A DNA stretch of 64,000 nucleotides from an uncultured Pseudomonadota bacterium (GCA_963749075.1 CAVVLJ010000016.1:384001-448000); one strand, 5' to 3'; counted from the stretch's first letter, positions 20,220 to 30,212 are shown. The notes: generated by a model from the sequence alone, not told the origin. Translations and numbers: made by a program.

Positions 20220-21385
20220 TCGCGCTGCAAAATGAGGGTGGCGCTGCCGTGCCGGCTGGCGAGCGAGCCGCCGGTGCCGTGCGCGAGCGCCAGATCGCAG
20301 CTCGGCACCTGCACCGCGGGATGCGCCTCGCCGCGCAGCTGGCGCACTGCCTCGATCACCTTGGTCATGCCGCCGCGGTTGGCCGGATGATTGTTGCAGA
20401 GGCCCCCGCCGTCCGTGTTGAAGGGGAGCTTGCCGACACCCGAGATCAGGTTCCCGTCGGCCACGAAACGGCCGCCCTTACCCTTCTCGCAGAAGCCCAG
20501 GTCCTCGAGCTGGATCACCACGGTAATGGTGAAGCTGTCGTAGATCGAGGCGTATTTGATGTCGGGCGGCTTGACTCCGGCCTCCGCGAAGGCAGCGCTG
20601 CCGGAGCGCACGGCGGCCGAGTAGGTCACGTCGATTTGGCCGCCGCTCTGGTGCTTGGTCGCCTCGCCGGCGCCGATCACGCTGACGAGCGGCCGCTTGA
20701 GGCTCAGCGCCACCTCCGGGCTCACGACGACGAGGGCGCCGCCGCCATCGCTGATGACGCAGCAGTCGAGGCGGTGGAGGGGGTCGGCCACCATGGGCGA
20801 GGCGAGCACCTCCTCGACCGTGACGACGTCCCGCAGCATGGCGCCCGGATTGTGCTGCGCGTGATGGGAGGCCGCGACCTTGACCCAGGCGAGCTCTTCG
20901 CTCGTGGTGCCGAACTGATACATGTGCCGCATCGCGCACATGGCGTAGCTGTTGGCGATCGCCACGCCATAGGGGAACTCCCACTGGTAGTCGGGCTGCG
21001 CCGGATTGAGCACGCGGGGTGTCGTGCCCGTGGCCATGCCCTCGCTGCGCGGCCGGCCGGCGAGGGTCACCAGCGCCACGCTGCATTTGCCGGCGGCGAT
21101 CGCTTCGGCGGCATGGCCGACGTGCACGAGATAGGAGGAGCCGCCCGTGTCGGTCGCATCCACGTGCCGCAGCTTGAGGTTCATGTAGTCGGCCATCGAG
21201 AGCGGCCCCATGCCCGGCGCGTCGCCGGCGCAGAAGTAGCCGTCCACGTCGTCCTTGGAGAGGCCGGCGTCCTCGAGAGCGCCCTTGGCGGCCTCGGCAT
21301 GGAGCTGCGCCACCGACTTGTCGGGCGCGTGGCGCGTCGGGTGCTCGAAGGCGCCGGCGATATAGGACTTGCCCTTGATCGACAT
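20216..21385 (-). CDS. Thiolase-fold protein (SCP-x/Ltp2-like) lacking the N-terminal catalytic Cys
   Basis: DTGGSS at the CxS position; DCCVISDGGGA, YDSFT, NTDGG and EAVRQLRG motifs. Confidence 0.85.
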   Translation of the reverse strand: MSIKGKSYIAGAFEHPTRHAPDKSVAQLHAEAAKGALEDAGLSKDDVDGYFCAGDAPGMGPLSMADYMNLKLRHVDATDTGGSSYLVHVGHAAEAIAAGKCSVALVTLAGRPRSEGMATGTTPRVLNPAQPDYQWEFPYGVAIANSYAMCAMRHMYQFGTTSEELAWVKVAASHHAQHNPGAMLRDVVTVEEVLASPMVADPLHRLDCCVISDGGGALVVVSPEVALSLKRPLVSVIGAGEATKHQSGGQIDVTYSAAVRSGSAAFAEAGVKPPDIKYASIYDSFTITVVIQLEDLGFCEKGKGGRFVADGNLISGVGKLPFNTDGGGLCNNHPANRGGMTKVIEAVRQLRGEAHPAVQVPSCDLALAHGTGGSLASRHGSATLILQRE

Positions 21386-21405
21386 GCGTTCCCGTCCCTC
21401 TTGCC

Positions 21406-22215
21406 TCAAAATCCCGCTTCGCCAAGAAAGCCGGCGATGGCGGCGGCTATCGGCTCCGGCGTTTGCACGGCCATGAAGTGGCCGGTCTCCATGGTGCGGC
21501 ATCGGGCGCCGGGAATGGCCCGCGCCACCGGCTCCACGAGCGCCGGCGGGCGCACGCCGTCCAGGCTGCCTGCGATGACCAGCACCGGGCAGCGGAGGCG
21601 CCCGAGCTCGCCGATCATCTCGAGCCCGGCCAGCATGCGGTAGATCGCGGCGTAGCTCGCCGGGTCGTTGGCGAGCCGGCGCGCGCGGAAGAGGCGAAAG
21701 CGCTGCTCGTCGCCGCGCAGCTCGGCCGGGTAGGAGCCCGCGAGTGCCGCGTCCAGCCCCGGGCGCACGCCGTCTCTCTCGAGGCCGTCGGCATAGGCGA
21801 GGGTGTCCGCGCGCCGCTCCGCCGCCACGCCCACGGCGGGTGCGAGGGCGACGAGTGCTGCCGCGCGCGCCGGAAAGCTGAGCGCGAAGTGGAACGCGAT
21901 GGCCGCACCGACAGCACAGCCCACGAGTGCGACCGGCCCGCCGATGCCGAGCGCCTCGAGGAGTGCCGCCAGATCCTCCGCCATGGTGCCGATGGCGACG
22001 CCGCCGCGGATCTTCTCCGAGAGGCCGGCGCCGCGCGTGTCGTAAGCGAGGACGCGCCAGCGCTCGGCAAGTGCCGGCAGCACCAGCTCCCAGCTCTCGA
22101 GCGCCCCGCCCATCTCATGGACGAGCACCAGCGTCTTCGCGCCGCGCCCCGCAAGCCGGTAGCGCAGCGCAGCACCATTCGCCTCGATCCACCCAGCCGA
22201 CGCGTCGCTCGCCAT
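21406..22215 (-). CDS. Alpha/beta hydrolase (PcaD enol-lactonase-like)
   Basis: LVHEMGG, YDTRGAGLS, GCAVG nucleophile elbow, GSLD and TGH motifs. Confidence 0.8.
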   Translation of the reverse strand: MASDASAGWIEANGAALRYRLAGRGAKTLVLVHEMGGALESWELVLPALAERWRVLAYDTRGAGLSEKIRGGVAIGTMAEDLAALLEALGIGGPVALVGCAVGAAIAFHFALSFPARAAALVALAPAVGVAAERRADTLAYADGLERDGVRPGLDAALAGSYPAELRGDEQRFRLFRARRLANDPASYAAIYRMLAGLEMIGELGRLRCPVLVIAGSLDGVRPPALVEPVARAIPGARCRTMETGHFMAVQTPEPIAAAIAGFLGEAGF

Positions 22216-22282
22216 GGTCCGCAGCCTCGCTTTGGGGGCGAGGCTAACATAACGCCCATAGTGCGGGGAGTCCGGCTGCTTG

Positions 22283-22328
22283 CCCCCTCTTCTCCTTCAG
22301 AAGGAGAGGGGAAAGGAGGAGAGGGGGA
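22283..22328. repeat. CCCCTCT...GGAGAGGGG palindromic intergenic element / hairpin
   Basis: TCTCCTTCAGAAGGAGA core palindrome with flanking purine/pyrimidine tracts. Confidence 0.45.
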
Positions 22329-22353
22329 GTGAAGGCAGCGCTTGCGGCGCGGC

Positions 22354-22899
22354 TCAGCTCTTGGGCGGCGGTGTCAGAGGCGTGGCGCTGACCGGCGCTT
22401 CGGGGGCGGCACTCACCGGCGGTGCTGCGAAGTCGCCCGGCGGCGGCGGCGGCGGGGTTGCCGCCATGCTCATGCCGGGAAGCTGGTTGCCCTTGGCGTA
22501 CATGCATTGCTCGTAGGCGATGTCGTAGCGGCGCTGCGCCGCCCATCCGGTCGCCTGGGCCGAGCTGGCGCCGATGGCGGTGCCCGCGATGGCGCCGGAG
22601 GCGGCGCCGATGGCAGCGCCGCCCGCACCGCCGACCGCGGCTCCGAGGCCGGCGCCGAGCACCGTGCCGACCACTGCGCTGCCGATGCCCCGGTTGGCGG
22701 CCGTGGCCTCTGCGGCACCCGGCCCGCCGATCTCCGCGTCGGCATATTGCTTGCACGTCGCCTGATCCTGCTGGAAGACCTCGAAGGGCTTGTTGGGCGA
22801 CGGCATCACGGCTACGTCCGGCCCGATCGGCGGGTTGACGCAGCCGCCCAGCAGCAGCACGGCGGCGAGTGCCGCCACACCCGGTACAATGCGCTTCAT
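22354..22899 (-). CDS. Glycine-zipper lipoprotein with a Pro-rich tail
   Basis: LGGC lipobox, GTVLGAGLGAAVGG..GAAIGAASG zipper, and YEQCMYAKG motif. Confidence 0.8.
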   Translation of the reverse strand: MKRIVPGVAALAAVLLLGGCVNPPIGPDVAVMPSPNKPFEVFQQDQATCKQYADAEIGGPGAAEATAANRGIGSAVVGTVLGAGLGAAVGGAGGAAIGAASGAIAGTAIGASSAQATGWAAQRRYDIAYEQCMYAKGNQLPGMSMAATPPPPPPGDFAAPPVSAAPEAPVSATPLTPPPKS

Positions 22900-23000
22900 G
22901 GAGTCGTCCCTCCGCACGGCCGCGGCGATGCGACCTACCGTTCATACGAGAGTCGCCCGGCCAACCCTGCGCCGCCTCGGCAGGGGCTCGCCCATGGCCG

Positions 23001-23158
23001 CCTCGCCCTTCGAGACGCGCGCCTATTTTGCATCATGCAAGAGAGCGGGCCTTCGGCCCGCGGCGCGCTCCCCCGGGCACTTCGTCCCGGGGGTGGCCCC
23101 GATGTTTGGCGGATTTCCTCGTCCTGAGGAGGGCCGCAGGCCCGTCTCGAAGGATGAG
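23001..23158. repeat. Alphaproteobacterial REP-like inverted-repeat element
   Basis: CCTCGCCCTTCGAGACG (23001-) pairs with CGTCTCGAAGGATGAGG (-23158); CGTCCTGAGGAGGGCCGCAGGCCC internal hairpin. Confidence 0.55.
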
Positions 23159-23167
23159 GAAATCCCT

Positions 23168-23746
23168 TCAGCGGTAGAGCTCGAGCTCCGGGCGCGGGTC
23201 GGGGAAGAAGCCGGTGCGGTTCGGCATCTCCACCTTGGGCAGGCTCGCGGCGTCGAGGATGTCGCCCTTCTTGACGATGTTCGCCTCGCCGAGGATGTAG
23301 GCGACCACGCTATAGACCTGCGCATCGGTGAGCGAGCCCGGCGCGTTGAAGGGCATGGCGCGCTTCACATAGTCGAAGATGGTGGTGGCGTAGGGCCAAT
23401 AGCTCTCGATGGTCTTGACCGGCGCCTCGCTCGCGAGGCTGCCGCGGCCGCCGATCAGCTTGTCGCCGCCGATGCCCTTCTGGGGATTGCCCTCGAGCTT
23501 CTCGCCGTGGCACGCGGCGCAGTTCTCGGTATAGACCTGCTTGCCCTCCTCGTAGGTGCCCTTGCCCGGCGGCAGGCCCGTGCCGTCGGGCGGGATCGCG
23601 AAGAAGCCGGCAAGCTCCTGAGGCGTCGGCGTGGTGCCGAAGTCGAAGTGGAGCGGATAGCCGGTTTGCGCGCGGAGCGGCGCTGCTGCGAGGAGGAGTG
23701 CTGCGGCCGCGGCGAGGGCGGCCAGACTTGCCCTAGGCGTGCACAT
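23168..23746 (-). CDS. soxD: Monoheme cytochrome c, SoxD-like subunit
   Basis: Signal peptide, GLPPGKG, a single CAACH heme motif, SYWPYATTIFDYVKRAMP and MPNR; overlaps soxC. Confidence 0.75.
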   Translation of the reverse strand: MCTPRASLAALAAAAALLLAAAPLRAQTGYPLHFDFGTTPTPQELAGFFAIPPDGTGLPPGKGTYEEGKQVYTENCAACHGEKLEGNPQKGIGGDKLIGGRGSLASEAPVKTIESYWPYATTIFDYVKRAMPFNAPGSLTDAQVYSVVAYILGEANIVKKGDILDAASLPKVEMPNRTGFFPDPRPELELYR

Positions 23747-25142
23747 TGCTGACGCTCCCGTCCGCTGCCACCGCCCAGCTCTGGATGGCGTTCAGGTGAT
23801 AGATCGAGCCGAAGGGTCCGGCGAGCCCGCGGATGTCGACGAGCTGCTTGAGCGTGGGCTGCACGTAGCCGGTCTCGTCGACGGCTCGGCTCTGCAGCGT
23901 GGCCGCCTTGCCGTCCCACATCCAGGGGAAGCGGAAGCGCGTGCCGGCGATGCGCTGGATGGGCTCCTGCAGCGCCGCGAGCGCCCAGCTCTGGCCGCCG
24001 TCGCTCGAGACCTCGACGCGCTCGATGCGACCGCGGCCGCTCCAGGCGAGGCCGGTAATCTCGTAGAAGCCGGGGCCCGGCAACTTCATCTCGCCGGAGG
24101 GGAAGGTGATGACCGACTTGGCGTCCATGATGAAGGTGAATTGCCGCGCCTTGCCGTTGCCGAGGAGGTCGGTGTATTTCGAGGTCTCCTCCCGCGTCAT
24201 GTAGGGCTTGTCGCTGATCTCGAGGCGGCGCAGCCACTTGATGTGCAGATTGCCCTCCCAGCCGGGGAGGATGAGGCGCAGGGGATAGCCCTGCTCGGGC
24301 CGCATCGCCTCGCCGTTCTGGCCGTAGGCGATGATGGCGTCGCTGAGCAGCTTGTCGAGCGGGATGCTGCGCGTCATCACCGCGGCGTCGGCCCCTTCGG
24401 CGAGCACCCAGGAGGCGCCGGCCTTCAAGCCCACCTCGCGCGCGATGGTGGCGAAGGGCACGCCGGTCCATTCCGAGGTGCTGAGGAGCCCGTGGGTCCC
24501 CTGCACCGTCTTGAGGGTGGGCTTGCGCCACTCGGTCAGGCCGTTGCCGGCGCATTCGATGAAATGGGTGCGGCTCACCGAGGGGAAGCGCTTCATGTCG
24601 GCGACCGAATACCTCTTCGGCCGCTCGACCATGCCGTGCACGAAGAGGAAATGCCGCGCCGGATCGATGGTGGGGATGCCGTTGTGGTGGCGCTCGAAGT
24701 GGAGGCCCGAGGGCGTGACGGTGCCGAGTGCCTTGTCGAGCGGCGACATCGACCAGGAGGAGTATTCGGTCGCCGTCGGGAAGCGCCAGCGCACCTCGGT
24801 CTCGAACTGCGAGCGCGTGCCGTAGCCGCCGTCGCCGGCCGTAGGGCGGCCCTGCACCTTGGTCGAGTCCGGCGGCACCTCGTGCCAGACGGCGCCTGGC
24901 GGTGCCGTCTCGGCGGCAGCGCTTTGCGGCAAGGCCGCGGCACTGGCGGCCGTCGCAAGCAGCGAGCCCGCCGCGAAGAGGAGCTTGCGGCGGCCGGGAT
25001 TGAAGAACATGCCCTCCTTGCAGCTGCAGTCCTCGAGCTCGGCGCGCCGCGCGGCGAGCGCCCCGCGTTCCGCCGCGATCATCGCCGCGATCAGCGCTTG
25101 CGTCTTGGCGTCGTATCCCTCAAGGAGATCCGCTTCGCTCAT
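23733..25142 (-). CDS. soxC: Sulfite oxidase-family molybdoenzyme, SoxC-like sulfane/sulfite dehydrogenase
   Basis: Tat signal GRRKLL; TPSGLHFERHH, FIECAGNG (Mo-binding Cys), EWTGV, QNGE..RPEQGYPLRL and GLAWSGRG motifs. Confidence 0.88.
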   Translation of the reverse strand: MSEADLLEGYDAKTQALIAAMIAAERGALAARRAELEDCSCKEGMFFNPGRRKLLFAAGSLLATAASAAALPQSAAAETAPPGAVWHEVPPDSTKVQGRPTAGDGGYGTRSQFETEVRWRFPTATEYSSWSMSPLDKALGTVTPSGLHFERHHNGIPTIDPARHFLFVHGMVERPKRYSVADMKRFPSVSRTHFIECAGNGLTEWRKPTLKTVQGTHGLLSTSEWTGVPFATIAREVGLKAGASWVLAEGADAAVMTRSIPLDKLLSDAIIAYGQNGEAMRPEQGYPLRLILPGWEGNLHIKWLRRLEISDKPYMTREETSKYTDLLGNGKARQFTFIMDAKSVITFPSGEMKLPGPGFYEITGLAWSGRGRIERVEVSSDGGQSWALAALQEPIQRIAGTRFRFPWMWDGKAATLQSRAVDETGYVQPTLKQLVDIRGLAGPFGSIYHLNAIQSWAVAADGSVSNVHA

Positions 25143-25301
25143 GACATTCCTCCCAGCTCGTTTCTTGTGGCCGCGGCCTTGTCCAGCCGGCGGCGGAGAT
25201 CGTTTATCCGGCGCTTCGGCGCCGAGTCTCTTGCTCTCCTTCGCCTCCTCTAACAGCGCTTACCGCTGGTCCGTCCGCTCATGCGAAGCGGCCGAGCTTG
25301 G

Positions 25302-25433
25302 TCAACTCCGCCCCAGGAGCGGGAAAACGACGGCGAGCGCCACGACGAGAATGAGGATGGCGACCGCGGCCGCGCGCTCCGCCTTGCTCCAGCGCTGCCA
25401 GTCCCGCCGCAATGCCACCAGCTCGTTGCGCAT
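25302..25433 (-). CDS. Small single-TM membrane protein (43 aa)
   Basis: MRNELVALRRDWQRWSKAERAAAVAILILVVALAVVFPLLGRS: basic N-terminus plus one hydrophobic helix, upstream of soxC. Confidence 0.5.
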   Translation of the reverse strand: MRNELVALRRDWQRWSKAERAAAVAILILVVALAVVFPLLGRS

Positions 25434-25870
25434 GTCCGATGATCCACGCTTCGTCCCGAGAAACCCGTCATGAGCGCGACCGTCCGCATGCCGACCCGCG
25501 ATCCTGGAGCGGCCTTTGCCCGAATTCGGCTCCGCTACCAAGGGGCGACGAAGCGGCGTCAAAGTCAAAATCAATCGATCAATGAAATCATTGGCAGCAT
25601 ATATGACGCGGCCGCACATCGGGGGCCGGCGCTGCGGCGGCTCCGCTTGCGCCGGTGCCGCCGCCGCCTCGGGAGCGATGAAAAGCGCGCGCTTGCGCGG
25701 TGTTTGCTCTAGTATTCGAGGCTACTTGGTGATAACAGGACGGGCGAAGACTTGAACACTGATCCGCGCTCGATAAGATCAAGCGTTCGCGCTTTTTGTT
25801 AATTTTCAAAAACTATACCCCAATAGCCCAGGATTATTGCTAAAGCGCCGTATGCCCTTCGGAGTTTGCC

Positions 25871-26914
25871 GTGCTGATCGAGGTCAATTCTAAGAGCGGC
25901 AACGCGAGCTTCGAGGCAGGTCCGCAGGAGCCGCTGCTCTATGCGGCATTGCGGGCGGGCCTCTCCTTTCCCTACGAATGCGCCACGGGGACCTGCGGCA
26001 CCTGCAAGGCCCGGCGGCTCGCGGGCGTCGTCGTCTCGGACTGGCCGGAGGCGCCGGGCAATGCCTTCCTCGCGCAGGGCGGCGAGGAGTTCCTCATGTG
26101 CCAGGCGCGGGCACTCTCGGCGAGCGGCTTCGCGCTCAAGGGCGCCGTCGCTCCCACAGCCTCCCAGGCGGCGCTGCCCGGCTTCGGCCACGGGGTGATC
26201 GAGGATGTCGAGACGCTCGCCCCCGATGTGGCGGCGGTGCGTCTCGGCATGGAGCCGCCGCTCGCCTTCGCCGCCGGCCAGTTCATCGTGCTGAAGGCGG
26301 CGCACGTCTCCGGCTTCCGGGCCTATTCGATGGCCAATTACGGCGAGCCCGCCCAGGCGGTGGAGTTCGTCGTCAAGCGCAAGCCGGACGGCCGCATGAC
26401 GCCCTGGCTCGTCTCGCCCGCGGCGCGCGGCGCGCGGCTCGCCTGGTTCGGACCGCTCGGCAAGGCGACCTTCAATCCCCAGGAGCAGCGCACCATCGTC
26501 TGCATCGCCGGCGGCTCGGGCATTGCCTCCATGATGGCGATCCTCGAGCACGGGCTCATGAGCCGGCATTTCGATCACTTCGACGCGGCGCTCTTCTTCG
26601 GCGTGCGTACGCGGGCGGACGTCTTCCATCTCGAGCGGCTCGCCGCCTATGCCGCCGAATTTCCCCACAGGCTCGCCATCACCGTCTCGCTCTCGGACGA
26701 CAGTCCCACCGAGGAGCTGAGAAGCCGCTATCCCCGGCTTGCCTTTGCGCGCGGCTTTCCCCACGAGATCGCCGCGCGCGAGCTCGAGGGCCGCTTTGCC
26801 GGCCGCGTCGCCTATATCGCCGGGCCGCCGATCCTGGTCGACGTGTCGATCCGCATGCTGATCACCCAGGCCCGCCTGCCGGCGCGCGACATCCGCTACG
26901 ACAAATTCAGCTGA
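25871..26914 (+). CDS. msmD: [2Fe-2S]/FAD/NAD reductase component of methanesulfonate monooxygenase (MsmD-like)
   Basis: CATGTCGTC...C ferredoxin motif; RAYSMAN, IAGGSG and AGPP FNR motifs; adjacent to msmABC. Confidence 0.82.
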   Translation: MLIEVNSKSGNASFEAGPQEPLLYAALRAGLSFPYECATGTCGTCKARRLAGVVVSDWPEAPGNAFLAQGGEEFLMCQARALSASGFALKGAVAPTASQAALPGFGHGVIEDVETLAPDVAAVRLGMEPPLAFAAGQFIVLKAAHVSGFRAYSMANYGEPAQAVEFVVKRKPDGRMTPWLVSPAARGARLAWFGPLGKATFNPQEQRTIVCIAGGSGIASMMAILEHGLMSRHFDHFDAALFFGVRTRADVFHLERLAAYAAEFPHRLAITVSLSDDSPTEELRSRYPRLAFARGFPHEIAARELEGRFAGRVAYIAGPPILVDVSIRMLITQARLPARDIRYDKFS

Positions 26915-26946
26915 GAGGGCGGCACAGCCCGCGAGAGGAAGCCCCC

Positions 26947-27423
26947 ATGGTACAGGCCCAGCGCAAGACAGCCGACGCCGCGACCCTTGCGATCCTCAGG
27001 CGCACCGCGATCCTCGCCGGGGTCGCGGAGCGCACGCTCGGCCGCATCGCCCGCGCGGCACGGCGTAGGAGCTACGAGGAGGGCGCCGTCCTCTACGAGA
27101 TGGGCGACCCGGTCGGCAGCCTCTATGTGGTGGCCGAGGGGCGGCTGCGCTTCACCCTCGGCGGCGATAGCCGCATCGAGGGCGGCGGCAGCATCATCCT
27201 CCCCGGCGACATCCTCGGCTGGGCAGCGCTCGTGGCCGACCTGGCGCGGCGCATCGCGACCGTGGCCGCGCTCGAGCCCTCAGAGCTCCTGGAAATCGAC
27301 GGCAGAGCACTCCTCGCCATCCTCGACGAGGACCCGCGCGCGGGCTATCTCGTGATGCAGCGCCTGGCCCGCATGATCACCGCGTCCTTCCTCGAGCAGA
27401 GCAGGCGCTTGAGCGTGAGCTGA
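26947..27423 (+). CDS. Stand-alone cyclic-nucleotide-binding-domain (Crp-type effector) protein
   Basis: LYEMGDPVGSLYVVAEGRL and GDILGWAAL..RRIATVAAL segments; no HTH; GAGGA RBS. Confidence 0.8.
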   Translation: MVQAQRKTADAATLAILRRTAILAGVAERTLGRIARAARRRSYEEGAVLYEMGDPVGSLYVVAEGRLRFTLGGDSRIEGGGSIILPGDILGWAALVADLARRIATVAALEPSELLEIDGRALLAILDEDPRAGYLVMQRLARMITASFLEQSRRLSVS

Positions 27424-27433
27424 GGGAGCCGCC

Positions 27434-27766
27434 TCACTCGTACTCGTAGACCAGCTCGCGCTCGATCTCGACGAAGAGCTCGCCGGCCTCGAGGCGCGTC
27501 GGATAGAGGAGGAGCGGGCGCTCGGCAGCCCCTAGCTCGGCGCCGCTCCGCATGTCCCACTGCCAGAGGTGCTTGGTGCAGGTGAGCACGCCCTCGCTGC
27601 ACAGGCCCGAGAGCTCGAGCGGCTCCGCCATGTGCGGGCAGAGCGGGGGATAGGCGTAGAACTCGCCCTCGAGCCGGGCCACGAGCACGGCGATGCCGTC
27701 CACTTCGAACTTGGCGAGCGCTCCCTCGGGGACGCTGCTCGCGGCGCACAGCCTCTTCCATGCCAT
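27434..27766 (-). CDS. msmC: Rieske ferredoxin (MsmC-like)
   Basis: CPH...CTKH Rieske motif, 110 aa, downstream of msmB. Confidence 0.85.
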   Translation of the reverse strand: MAWKRLCAASSVPEGALAKFEVDGIAVLVARLEGEFYAYPPLCPHMAEPLELSGLCSEGVLTCTKHLWQWDMRSGAELGAAERPLLLYPTRLEAGELFVEIERELVYEYE

Positions 27767-27794
27767 GGGGTGGCCCTTGCCCTTGTGCCGCGGC

Positions 27795-28298
27795 TCAGAT
27801 CGGGTAGTGGGAGCCCTTGTCCATGCGGCGGGTGTCGAGGCGCACCGTGCGCTCGGTGAAGAGCGGCGCGCCATCCGCGATGCGGAAGCGGTCGTGGTAC
27901 TTGCCGATGAGGAAGAGCTGGGTCTCGCCGGAATCGAGATGGGAATTGATGCCGTCGAGCATGGTGCGGTAGCACGCGAAGGAGGTGACCGCCGTCGCCG
28001 CGTCGCCCTCGCCGTCGAGCTCGACGGCATAGACGCTGGCATGCCGGGTGAGTTGGCCGTGGTCCGTGTTGTGGCGCGGCAGCATCTCGATGAGCATCTT
28101 GAGGCCGGCGCGGTCGTGCTCCAGCCAGGTCATGTCCTTGCGGATCTCCGGGCTGTAGGCCTCGATGCGATAGACGAAGTCCTCCGAGCAGAGTGCCAGC
28201 CAATCGGCGAAGCGCTGCTCGTCGAGGAGGAGACCGGCCTTGTAGATGAGCTCGCGCACGGCGCCCTTTACGGCTTCGCGGCGATCGTCGGCGATCAT
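27795..28298 (-). CDS. msmB: Methanesulfonate monooxygenase hydroxylase beta subunit (SnoaL/NTF2-like)
   Basis: Ring-hydroxylating beta-subunit pattern LLDEQRFADWLAL...YSPEIRKDMTWL...VRLDTR; sits between msmA and the ferredoxin. Confidence 0.85.
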   Translation of the reverse strand: MIADDRREAVKGAVRELIYKAGLLLDEQRFADWLALCSEDFVYRIEAYSPEIRKDMTWLEHDRAGLKMLIEMLPRHNTDHGQLTRHASVYAVELDGEGDAATAVTSFACYRTMLDGINSHLDSGETQLFLIGKYHDRFRIADGAPLFTERTVRLDTRRMDKGSHYPI

Positions 28299-28336
28299 GT
28301 CGGACCTGCCCTGTTGATGCCGGAGCGGCGCTCCGC

Positions 28337-29570
28337 TCACTCCGCGGCGAGGCCGCGCGTGCGCATCGGATCGGAGGGCGAGCGGCCCATCATGCGGCCC
28401 CATTCGTGATAATAATGGCGCATGCCGATCTCGTCGTGGATGGTGTTGTTCTCGCGCCGGCCGTGCAGCACGTGGCGCGGCTCGCTGCCCGGCCGCATGG
28501 CGACGCCCTGGCCGGTGATGCCGAGCAGGTCCTCATGGAGATTGCGCCCGAAGGGACCCCAGATGGTGTTGTGGTCGCGGATGCGCTGGTGGCGCTCCGC
28601 CTTGGTGTCTCGCTTGAGGCCGAGCCCGCGGAACTCGATCATCACGAGGTTGGCGCCGAGCGGCGTCATGGTATCGACGCGCAGCGAGGAGCCGCGGATG
28701 TTGAAGGTGGCGCCGGGGAAGAGATCGACCATCTTCCAGCCGTTCTTCGGCATGCCCGGGAAGGAGAGCGGGCGCTCCGCCACGCCCTCGTAAGCCTCGT
28801 ACTTCACCTCCATCGAGCCGACGGTGGCGTGGCCGTTGGGGAAGGCGGTGTAGGTGCGCTCGAAGTAGCCCTTCTGCATCATGCTGGTGGCGCGGTTAAA
28901 GTAGTGCATGTAGTCGTGGTAGAACTCGCTGTTGGTGTCGTGCCAGAGCTTGAAATTGCTGTTGATGTAGGACTTGTGATAGTGGAAGACGTTCGAGCGG
29001 CTCGGTGTCGAGCTCCTCCTTCATGATGCCGAAGGCGTCTCCGATGTAATCGGCGAGCGAGGGGCCCGCGGCGTCGAGCGAGAGCCATACGAAGCCGCCG
29101 AAGGCGACCTCCGAGCGCAGCTCCCCGAGCGAGACCTGCGCCTTGGAGAGGCGGTCCTGGTAGCCCTGCTTCAGGCGCGGGATGTCGACGCAGCGCCCCA
29201 GGCTGTCGAACTGCCAGGCGTGGAACATGCAGGTCATGTGGTTGGCGTTGCCCGAGGGCTCGGCCTCGGCGAGATTGCCCGCGGGCTTGCGCACGATGAG
29301 GTTGCCGCGGTGCGGGCAGACGTTGCGGAAGGCGCGCACCTTGCCGTCGCCGCCGCGCACGATGACGACCGGCTCGCGCGCGACCGTAAGGGTGCGGAAA
29401 TCGAGCGGTGCGGCGAGCTCGGACTCGTGCACCGTCGGCAGCCAGACCTTCTTCCAGATGCGGCGCAGCTCCTCCTCGAAGAGGGGCTCGTCGCTGTAGA
29501 GCCGGCTGTCCACGAAGGGCATCGCCTGCCCGCTGTCGTAGCCGGCCGTCTCGTTCGCCGTCGTCGCCAT
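28337..29570 (-). CDS. msmA: Methanesulfonate monooxygenase hydroxylase alpha subunit; apparent 1-nt frameshift at ~28992
   Basis: Rieske motif CPH-X26-CMFH, whose long spacer is characteristic of MsmA. After restoring the frame it reads VFHYHK..NFKLWHDTNSEFYHDYMH and NLHED. Confidence 0.88.
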
Positions 29571-30212
29571 CGTTTCCTCCCGACAAGACGCCAGGGCCGC
29601 GTTTTGCGCAAGCATGAAATTCCGGCCGGTGCTTGTAAAGGAAATATGCGTTATAATCCCATAGGGCGCGCCAATGAGCTGGCGGCCGCAAATCGACGCA
29701 TGAGATCACTTGGCCGGCACGGGCGATTTACATGGGCCGCCGCTGCGCATCGCCAGTATTCCGCGAAGCCAAGGCCGGATCCGGCGGCGTGCTGCGGCGC
29801 AAAAGCCGGTATCGCCCGCCTCACGTCATAGGCTCAGCAAATAAAATTATTCGCGAACAGGATTGGACATCCGGGCAGCCGCCAACCTTCAATAGCGCTG
29901 CTCTATGAAGCGGGCCGCGCCGATGCTGCACGGCCGAGCGCCCGGCCGCCGAGGTCGGGCCAAGAACAACAGGGTAGGGAGGATGAAGCGCGAGAAGACG
30001 GGATGGGCGAGAACCCGGAGGACGGAGCTCAGCCGCTCGTGAGGGCTCTCTGTCGCAAGCGGAGCTTGCGAGCGCCCGACGATGCGGCGCGCGCAGAGGC
30101 GGCCACGGCGCCGCTCGGTGCCCGCCGCAGATGCCGCCGTCCCGCCGTCGTCGCAGACTTTGTCCCTCGTCGCGGTTTAGCGTGAGCGAACACAGCCGAG
30201 AGGAGGTCTGCG

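Noticed and set aside
29973-30185. Strong RBS-like GGGAGG with short ORFs between msmA and msmE
   Set aside because: The ORFs (19 aa and 60 aa) have no recognisable features; there is not enough support for a leader peptide or gene.
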